NCBI GenBank assembly: GCA_964385105.1
Contig: CAYLMU010000002.1
Span: 250,583-314,582 of the forward strand
Length of the DNA: 64,000 bases
Source of the DNA: an uncultured Candidatus Saccharibacteria bacterium
GTDB taxonomy: Bacteria > Patescibacteriota > WWE3 > UBA101185 > UBA10185
Direction: 5' to 3'
Shown here one piece after another: positions 57,414 to 64,000 of this stretch. Each line of letters opens with the position of its first letter. Position 1 is the first letter of the stretch. A model generated the notes under the pieces. It was not told where the DNA came from. It searched no databases and saw nothing but the letters and a program-made list of their open reading frames with translations. The translations under genes and the position numbers were made by a program.

Positions 57414-58844
57414 TTAGTTTAAAATGTCCGATGTTGTACTCCAGTTTGAAAAATCCAAAAACCTATCGGTGGCTGTAAAAGTATATTTTTCACCAATCCC
57501 CCTTATTGAATCGCTGACATAAAAGTTTTTATATGGGTGATACAAAAACACTGCCGGAACCTGTTCTAAAATTACTTTTTGAAATTCATGATAGTGTACA
57601 AGTCTGTCATCATATTCTAAAGCAATTCTACCCTCTTCAAGCGCTCGATCTGCTCTAACATGTTCAAATAATGAAAGGTTTAATCCCGGATTGTATTTTT
57701 GAGTTGAGTGCCAATTAATATATCTATCAGGGTCACGGCCAATTTCTTGCCCGTAAAGTAATATTTGATAATTTCTCGGGTTCACAACTTCATCAACAAA
57801 AGTTTCAGGATTATGTTTTTGAATATTTACTTGTAGGTTTAGCTTGTCTTCCCAATATTTTCTTATTATCCTTGCTGTTTCTTCATGCTGCTTTAAATCG
57901 GGAATTGTGAGAGTTACACTTTGTCCCACATAATTTACTTTAAGATTCTCATCATGTGTATCAAAAATTAAGTTAGGGTCGGTAAACAAACTTCTGCTTA
58001 TTGGGCCTTGTACAAAAATTCCTTTATTAAAAACAATTTCGTCTACATTAATAGAATTCTTGAGATTTTCCCTAAATGCAATATCAGCCATAGCCTCGTT
58101 TTCCAAATTAAAAAATAACGAAAAGTATATTCCTTGCAATGGAAATCTATGGTTTGAAAAGTTTTCAAGGTCATCATGTACGTCATTACTCATAAACGCG
58201 TCAATTTCACCAAGTCGGACTGCTGTTACAAGCTCATCTTCATTACCGTAATACCGAAATGTCATTTTTTTTATATAATCTTCTTCATTTTCGTTTAGCA
58301 AAACTACTTCTTTAATTACCGGACCACTACGCGAGATTCTCAGCACTCTAAACGGTCCGCTTGATACAGGTGTTAAGGAATTAAACTTTTCTTCAGAGTC
58401 TGCCTGCATAACCCCAACCGTCAATAAATCCAAAAATGGCGAAAATCCGTTTGGCAAAATATATCTAACCGTTAAATCATCAACTTTGTCTGTACCTACA
58501 CCCTGAAGATCGGGATATTTGTATGAAGTATAAATTAAGTCATCGGCAGTTATTTGCCTACCATCAGACCAAAACTGATTATTTTTTATTTTAATCGTAT
58601 AAACAAGACCGTCGTCTGAAATTGCCCATGTTTCAGCCAAGTCAGGAACAAGTTTGCCATAAATATCATACTTAAAGAGTCCACGATAAATTAAATCTGA
58701 AATTGTTTTGTCATTTTGGCTTATAGCTTGATGTGGCAAAAATGAGGTTGGTTGCCCCACAACACCTTCAACATACCTTGTGGTAGGCATTAGGGCGAGC
58801 AGAAACGAAGATAGGTAAAAACCTATTCTTTGAAGTATTTCCAT
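57414..58844 (-). CDS. ABC transporter substrate-binding protein, family 5 (oligopeptide/dipeptide-binding-like), orphan
   Basis: Signal/anchor N-terminus; SBP_bac_5-like pattern (LVPDLAETW...YTIKIKNNQFWSDG); no adjacent permease/ATPase. Confidence 0.65.
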   Translation of the reverse strand: MEILQRIGFYLSSFLLALMPTTRYVEGVVGQPTSFLPHQAISQNDKTISDLIYRGLFKYDIYGKLVPDLAETWAISDDGLVYTIKIKNNQFWSDGRQITADDLIYTSYKYPDLQGVGTDKVDDLTVRYILPNGFSPFLDLLTVGVMQADSEEKFNSLTPVSSGPFRVLRISRSGPVIKEVVLLNENEEDYIKKMTFRYYGNEDELVTAVRLGEIDAFMSNDVHDDLENFSNHRFPLQGIYFSLFFNLENEAMADIAFRENLKNSINVDEIVFNKGIFVQGPISRSLFTDPNLIFDTHDENLKVNYVGQSVTLTIPDLKQHEETARIIRKYWEDKLNLQVNIQKHNPETFVDEVVNPRNYQILLYGQEIGRDPDRYINWHSTQKYNPGLNLSLFEHVRADRALEEGRIALEYDDRLVHYHEFQKVILEQVPAVFLYHPYKNFYVSDSIRGIGEKYTFTATDRFLDFSNWSTTSDILN

Positions 58845-58921
58845 ATCAGCGTTATTTTACCAAAATAGTGGCAATATGAGAAAATCCCGGCATTTTTTAC
58901 AATAACCGGGATTTGCAGAGT

Positions 58922-59359
58922 TTACCTAAGCAAATTTCTAAAAAGAAAGTAAGTGTATATACTTGCTACAAATGCTATAAAATAGAATTTGAGCATTGCT
59001 TGTACACTGTCATGGTTAACTAAAATATCGCTTCGAACATCTATTATGTTAACTAAGGCATACACAAATGCAAAAGTTAAGCCCGCGAGTAGGAGGATAA
59101 GGCTTATTGACTCTATAAATTCACCTTGTTCAGCTCCTGCGCTCAAAAAAAAGTAAACCAGACACAATACTATACCCGATCCGCACACAATGATATAAAT
59201 CAGAAACTCCTTTAGAGGATTTACAAACTCCAGATTCCCAAGATACGGGTTTAAACTGAAAAAATAGGCAGTAATTATAGACAACACAAAAGCTACTGCC
59301 AACCGTGTAAAAAACTTTCTACCAAACGTATTACCAATCGAATGAGCTTTCATTATCAA
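58922..59359 (-). CDS. small polytopic membrane protein
   Basis: 4 hydrophobic segments in 145 aa. Confidence 0.35.
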   Translation of the reverse strand: MIMKAHSIGNTFGRKFFTRLAVAFVLSIITAYFFSLNPYLGNLEFVNPLKEFLIYIIVCGSGIVLCLVYFFLSAGAEQGEFIESISLILLLAGLTFAFVYALVNIIDVRSDILVNHDSVQAMLKFYFIAFVASIYTYFLFRNLLR

Positions 59360-59497
59360 ATCCTTTTTAAGGTTCAGTTAAATTTTGGCAAATTATATCA
59401 TTTTTTTATGCGCTTTTTAGATGTGACTTGATTAATATTTGATTTATTGCAGTAAAAACTGCTAAAATAGCCTAGCCGTATTGGATTTTTGTAGTAT

Positions 59498-59572
59498 GGC
59501 CCCATCGTCTAGTGGTTAGGACATCAGGTTTTCATCCTGGTAACCGGGGTTCGATTCCCCGTGGGGTCACCA
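59498..59572 (+). tRNA. tRNA-Glu (anticodon TTC)
   Basis: Acceptor GGCCCCA/TGGGGTC, D-arm GTCTAGTGGTTAGGAC, anticodon loop TTTTCAT, T-loop TTCGATT, CCA encoded. Confidence 0.9.
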
Positions 59573-61028
59573 TAGTGGAATTTCCAACACTAACTAGTTC
59601 GTTTAGCTCTACAATACAGGATTTAACAGGAGTTGTTAAATTTCCATTCAAATATACAATTCCATCAGGAAATAGTATTTTTTGCAACTTGTGTTTTGGA
59701 ACAATATCTAACTTTTCCCATTTTTTAGTCATACCAGTTAAAAACTGTAAACTATAGTTTAGTAGCTCTTCAGTCAGTACACTTGGATGTGCATACTTTG
59801 TAGTCTCTAGGTTCAGGTCAACAAGTTCTTTTTCAAACTCTGCCAATTTACTTTTAGCTAACTTGTCGCTGTATACACCGTTTATATTCTTTTCAACTAC
59901 CTTATCCTGTAACTGTTTTATTTCAACCCTTCTTTTTTCAATTGAAAGTAACTCTTTCTCGTACTTTTTACGATGACTTTCCCAATTTAGTATAAGAGCC
60001 TCCTTAATGATGGAAATGGTCTTAGAATTGAAATTAAGTGCTTCTATGTAGGCTTTAAATATGGGTTCTACAATATTTTTATTGATGTTAATACCCCTAC
60101 AATCTGTACATCTATAATGCCCTTGATTCTTTTTAGCCCAACTTGCAGTCATATACTTACCACAATGACATCTTAATGTACCTCTTAGTGGAAAGTCAGG
60201 ATTTAGCTTTTTGTATACGGGTAGTTTCTTTTTCTTTCCATCTAATATAACCTGCACTTTGTCAAAAACCTCTGGTTTAACAATTGCTTTAAAACTACCC
60301 TTTTTATATACGCCCATACTAGGTACATCAATCCAACCCTTATATACGGGATTTCTTAGCATTTTGTGAAAGTGGGATGTTGTTAATGCTTTTCCATTCT
60401 TTTTTGTTAAGCCCCAGGACTTACCCAACTGTCTTACCTCTTCAACGGTATTGTACCTCCTGTATATACAATCAAAAACTTTTCTGATAGGTTTTTCTAA
60501 TTCAGATAATGGTTCAATGTTTGAACTACCTTTTTCTCCAACAGTTTTAAATCCATAAGGTGCTTGAAAAGTCCATCTACCTTGTTTTAGAGCTTCTATC
60601 ATTCCATTTTTACTCCTCTCGCCTCTTATCTCGTTATCTAACTGCGCAATACCCGAAAGTGTATGTTCAATAAACCTACCTAACGGATTATCTTCAATTG
60701 GTTCTGTTATAGAAATAATCTGTACTTTACATGAAGTAAAAAATGTTTTTAAGGTTGCGTAATCAAAGGAATCTCTAGATAAACGGTCAATCTTGTATAT
60801 TAGTAAAACATCAATTTTACCTTCATTAAGTTTGCAATACTTCATCATCTTTTTGAGTTGTGTTCTATCTACTGTCTTTGCACTTTCACCCTCTTCAACA
60901 AACACTTTATCAACTGAATAGCCATTATTTTTAGCATAGCTTTTACACAATCTCTCTTGGGAGGCTAAACTGTTACCTTCAAACGCTTGTTCTGTTGTGG
61001 ATACTCTACAGTATATTATGGCGTTCAT
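59532..61028 (-). CDS. large serine recombinase
   Basis: N-terminal IIYCRVSTTEQ...SLASQ (catalytic Ser), DRLSRD motif, recombinase domain, Cys cluster CHCGKY...YRCTDC; last 41 nt overlap tRNA-Glu 3' half (C-terminal GIEPR translated from T-arm). Confidence 0.85.
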   Translation of the reverse strand: MNAIIYCRVSTTEQAFEGNSLASQERLCKSYAKNNGYSVDKVFVEEGESAKTVDRTQLKKMMKYCKLNEGKIDVLLIYKIDRLSRDSFDYATLKTFFTSCKVQIISITEPIEDNPLGRFIEHTLSGIAQLDNEIRGERSKNGMIEALKQGRWTFQAPYGFKTVGEKGSSNIEPLSELEKPIRKVFDCIYRRYNTVEEVRQLGKSWGLTKKNGKALTTSHFHKMLRNPVYKGWIDVPSMGVYKKGSFKAIVKPEVFDKVQVILDGKKKKLPVYKKLNPDFPLRGTLRCHCGKYMTASWAKKNQGHYRCTDCRGININKNIVEPIFKAYIEALNFNSKTISIIKEALILNWESHRKKYEKELLSIEKRRVEIKQLQDKVVEKNINGVYSDKLAKSKLAEFEKELVDLNLETTKYAHPSVLTEELLNYSLQFLTGMTKKWEKLDIVPKHKLQKILFPDGIVYLNGNLTTPVKSCIVELNELVSVGNSTMVTPRGIEPRLPG

Positions 61029-61189
61029 TTTTTCACCTCACATTTCTCTTCCAAGTAGCATTGAAGTATAAATTGAGCAAACTCATCTACAGCTTTTGAT
61101 ACTTCTTGTATTTTATCCTCGTTTTTTAAACTTGTACTTTTTTTGATTGCCTTAGCAATCTTTTTGAGTCTTTGTGTTTCATCACTCAC
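61025..61189 (-). CDS. small ORF (54 aa, GTG start) overlapping recombinase start codon (ATGA), possible directionality factor/regulator
   Basis: Hand translation VSDETQRLKKIAKAIKKSTSLKNEDKIQEVSKAVDEFAQFILQCYLEEKCEVKK; stop TGA shares bases with recombinase ATG. Confidence 0.2.
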   Translation of the reverse strand: MSDETQRLKKIAKAIKKSTSLKNEDKIQEVSKAVDEFAQFILQCYLEEKCEVKK

Positions 61190-61287
61190 GACTAGAATCT
61201 CCTAGCCTGTTTGAGTGCCTCTCAACACAAGACTTAAAACATTTAATTACTTGCTACTATCCTGTTAGGTTGTTGCTAACTCAGATA

Positions 61288-62133
61288 TTAGACTTTTATT
61301 ACATCTTCAAATTGATAATTTACAATCTTTCCATCTCTCTTTTGAACTTTTATATTGCTAAACTCCTTCTTTTTCATAATTTCAATAATTTCATCTTCAG
61401 TCAGTTCTTCAGCACCCTTTGTATTTTCACCATATACTTTATATGTACCTTTTCCTCTCATTATTGTGACTTTTGAGTAGTCTTTGTGTCTGATAATCTT
61501 AACAATTTCTAATTGTTCTTTTGTTAGATTGACAGCTTCAAAGAACCTCTCAAAGTCTATCAAAGGCGGATATTCCTTAAATTTTTTAACTAAATCTTTG
61601 TTTGCTGATTGCTCTAATGTCTTCCGCACTACTTCATTAAAGTTTAGGTGTAAAAATCCTGTTGATTCTGGTCTAGCCCAACCCTGAAAATACAATAAAC
61701 CAACTTCATCGCAAAACATTGATTTTCCATCAGGAAATAAAAGCCAAGACACTCTTAAGCCTTGTAATACTGCGTATATTGCTACTTCACCCCATATCAG
61801 TTCGTCACTTTGGAAAAGTGTCTCATCTTTCATTCCTTCATAGTAGAAATCATTCTTTAATGTTTTGAGTTGTTCATTTTTAATACCATACTTCCTACAT
61901 TCCATTATCATCATGAGATATATAACATCTTTTAGACTGAATGTACGCCATTTACCTTCTTGTTCTTGGGTATTTACCAATACATCACTTGCATCCAAAC
62001 TTGTTATTTGTCTATAAGAAAGTGTAGTGTCTGCAACTCTAAATCTTTTACCTCTTAGAATATCTAATAATTTTGGATTTTTTCCTACTGCTCTTATTGT
62101 TGCAAATATGTAACCGTCACTAAAGTTAATCAT
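61288..62133 (-). CDS. hypothetical protein (281 aa) within integrated element
   Basis: ORF only; located between recombinase and helicase-nuclease. Confidence 0.35.
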   Translation of the reverse strand: MINFSDGYIFATIRAVGKNPKLLDILRGKRFRVADTTLSYRQITSLDASDVLVNTQEQEGKWRTFSLKDVIYLMMIMECRKYGIKNEQLKTLKNDFYYEGMKDETLFQSDELIWGEVAIYAVLQGLRVSWLLFPDGKSMFCDEVGLLYFQGWARPESTGFLHLNFNEVVRKTLEQSANKDLVKKFKEYPPLIDFERFFEAVNLTKEQLEIVKIIRHKDYSKVTIMRGKGTYKVYGENTKGAEELTEDEIIEIMKKKEFSNIKVQKRDGKIVNYQFEDVIKV

Positions 62134-62192
62134 AAAATATACCTCTATGTATACTTTATAACACTATTGAAATTATACGGTCAAGTATATTT

Positions 62193-64000
62193 TTATGTAA
62201 TCTCGTTGAATACTTTAGAGAACTCCTGTTTTGTCATTTCCTCATTGTAAAAAGGTAAACCTACAAGTGTATATTCTCTGTCGTTATAAATAATTTCAGG
62301 CTTCGCCCTATCTCCCAATTCTAAAAGAAAATCCTGTTTCCAAGAGTCTAGGCTAAAGAGCTGTTGTCCTTTAGGCTCAACAAACAATTGCAGATATAGT
62401 TTCTTGTCATCCTTTTTATTATTTAAAAACAGTACAAAATCAGGTTCAAAAACTCTTCCATCCTCAAAGTTATAAAGTTTAAAAGCATTGGCATTTCTTA
62501 CTAAGAATATCTCATCATACTTATTCTTGAGTTCTTTATAAGCGTTGTCTATAAATTTTACAAAGTATTTTTCTTCCGATGTTCCAAAGTTGTCCTTGTA
62601 CGCATACCAGTCATTGTCTAAGATATCTAGATTAAACAATGGGTCTTGTGAGTACTGCATACTTTTACCAAATTGAGCATCGCTTGTATCATCTGTTGCA
62701 ATCTTTAATACTTTATCCTCGAAGATTTCAGAAACTCCTTTGGCTTTAAACTCATAAGTGCCTATATACTCTTCATTATCTGATTCTATTTGCCCTTGTA
62801 TTTCTCTTAGAATCTCAAGTGCTATATCTAGCTTTTCATCTTGAGTCATATTCTCAATAAATCCATTAGAACCATGTATTTCAACTTCAATCTGTTCAAA
62901 GAAACTTGGCACAGAATCTAACGATTTTATATTGGGAGTATACTTTTTCAGGTTGCTTAATCTATAAAATTCATTCTTATCCATTGCTTTTCTTATAACA
63001 TTAGAACCTAATTCAAGAAGTTTTAGTGTCTTTGACTTATCGGGTGCAAGTGATTCTACCTGAGATTCAAATACGATTGTTTCTCTGGTATAACCTGTGT
63101 GTAAGTTGTACTTATAGGAAGTCTTTATGTTGTAGTCTTCAAAGCTTGATTTATTCTTGTTAAGGTTTTTCTCCTTGTTATTTAGATATAAAATTCCTGT
63201 CTTCCAAAAATCAGATTCTTTAAAACTTTTCTTTAGCGTTAGTTCTTGCTCCTCTTCGAGTTGTGCCTTTATTCCCGTTTCCTTTAACGCCTGTGTTAAT
63301 TCTGAAATGTATTTTGGATTATAAGCACTGTGATAGTAAAGTTCTTCTAGTATTCTTAAGCTATTACTTATATCCTCGTCATATTTTCTCTTGTGTTTAT
63401 CCTGTTCCGCATTTAAGGAGAATGGGTAATATCGTGCACCTCTACCAATTAGTTGAGCTTCTGACATTGTTGTTTTTCCTACTCTACCTGACCTTGCATC
63501 TCTAGTATCATACAATCTAACAATATCGAACAAATTAAGAACATCCCATCCCTCATTAAGCTTATCTACGGCAAATATGGCTCTAATTTGGTTGTTTTCA
63601 TCCTCAAGCGTATTTACTAAAACTTGTTTCTCATCACTTTCATTTTTTGAGTTCACAGATATGCATTTCTCAGGTGAAAAGTCTTCTTGAAGTTCCAATA
63701 CTAGGCTTTCCAAATCTATGTTGTTTTCTTTAAAGTAGTGAAATGCCTTAGCAAGAACACCATTATTTTTACTGGCAACTTTCTGTATATCCGTGGCTTT
63801 GATAGTTGAAACAAATTCATGAAAGGCTTCTTCAAATTCCTCAGATGCTGATATGGTTTTTGATTTAAATAATATGACTGGTTTTAGAAATACTTTCTTA
63901 TCCTGAGCTACTTTTAAACGATATTGGCTCAAAATCATGGCTTGTAAAGCTCTTGTAAGGTTGTCTGTGTCAGTTTCTAGTACCTTAACATCCTTGGAGT
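62193..64000 (-). CDS. SF2 helicase + PD-(D/E)xK nuclease protein, Type III restriction Res-subunit-like (N-terminus beyond window)
   Basis: Helicase motif VI QLIGRGARY; C-terminal nuclease-like motifs FEPDFVLF ... LFVEPKG; reading frame stays open upstream of listed Met to the window edge. Confidence 0.5.
   Translation of the reverse strand, partial: SKDVKVLETDTDNLTRALQAMILSQYRLKVAQDKKVFLKPVILFKSKTISASEEFEEAFHEFVSTIKATDIQKVASKNNGVLAKAFHYFKENNIDLESLVLELQEDFSPEKCISVNSKNESDEKQVLVNTLEDENNQIRAIFAVDKLNEGWDVLNLFDIVRLYDTRDARSGRVGKTTMSEAQLIGRGARYYPFSLNAEQDKHKRKYDEDISNSLRILEELYYHSAYNPKYISELTQALKETGIKAQLEEEQELTLKKSFKESDFWKTGILYLNNKEKNLNKNKSSFEDYNIKTSYKYNLHTGYTRETIVFESQVESLAPDKSKTLKLLELGSNVIRKAMDKNEFYRLSNLKKYTPNIKSLDSVPSFFEQIEVEIHGSNGFIENMTQDEKLDIALEILREIQGQIESDNEEYIGTYEFKAKGVSEIFEDKVLKIATDDTSDAQFGKSMQYSQDPLFNLDILDNDWYAYKDNFGTSEEKYFVKFIDNAYKELKNKYDEIFLVRNANAFKLYNFEDGRVFEPDFVLFLNNKKDDKKLYLQLFVEPKGQQLFSLDSWKQDFLLELGDRAKPEIIYNDREYTLVGLPFYNEEMTKQEFSKVFNEIT

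Larger units (their letters stand above)
59532..64000. mobile_element. Integrated element (partial, continues right of window) inserted at 3' end of tRNA-Glu. Carries a large serine recombinase and defense-type cargo.
   Basis: Recombinase gene directly abuts/overlaps tRNA 3' half; tRNA 3' end points into the element; cargo includes helicase-nuclease (Type III Res-like). Confidence 0.5.

Noticed and set aside
1-64000. CRISPR arrays, rRNA genes, IS-type transposases
   Set aside because: No regularly spaced direct repeats, no rRNA-like conserved blocks, and no DDE transposase-like ORFs were seen. The only mobile-element enzymes are the two large serine recombinases.

Overview
This 64-kb window is AT-rich (roughly 30-35% GC by eye) and gene-dense. 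It reads like a small-genome, Patescibacteria/CPR-like bacterial chromosome, but that lineage call is inference only.

Ten tRNA genes were found by manual folding: Gln, Val, Phe, Gly, Leu(GAG), Leu(CAG), Lys, Arg, His and Glu. There are no rRNA genes and no CRISPR array.

Both ends of the window are occupied by tRNA-associated integrated elements. Each carries a large serine recombinase whose reading frame runs antisense into the target tRNA.
- The left element (1-2783) lies against tRNA-Gln. It carries a ribbon-helix-helix protein and small ORFs.
- The right element (59532 to the window edge) lies against tRNA-Glu. Its cargo includes a Type III restriction (Res)-like helicase-nuclease that is truncated by the window edge.

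Between them the backbone encodes housekeeping genes: leuS, rpmG, rsmI, helD, msrB, dgkA, an RNA-recognition-motif (RRM) RNA-binding protein, a MacAB-like ABC efflux system and an M50 site-2 protease. It also holds five accessory systems.
- A sortase with an adjacent LAxTG-type (LASTG) surface-protein substrate and a beta-propeller protein.
- A contiguous glycosylation operon of about 12.5 kb (11234-23774). It ends in a 1585-aa single polypeptide that fuses a dolichol-phosphate-mannose-synthase-like GT2, a processive QxxRW-type GT2 synthase, a Wzx-like flippase domain and a GT4.
- A four-gene operon (52091-54744) with two TasA/camelysin-like proteins carrying SipW-cognate signal peptides, an archaeal/ER-type SipW signal peptidase, and a Cys-rich secreted protein.
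- A higher-GC island of three unknown genes abutting the 3' end of tRNA-His.
- A protein resembling bacterial eRF1/Pelota-like (baeRF) factors.

Also present are a fused membrane/spermidine-synthase-like/M28 peptidase protein, an orphan ERF-like ssDNA-annealing protein, and two candidate structured RNA regions.
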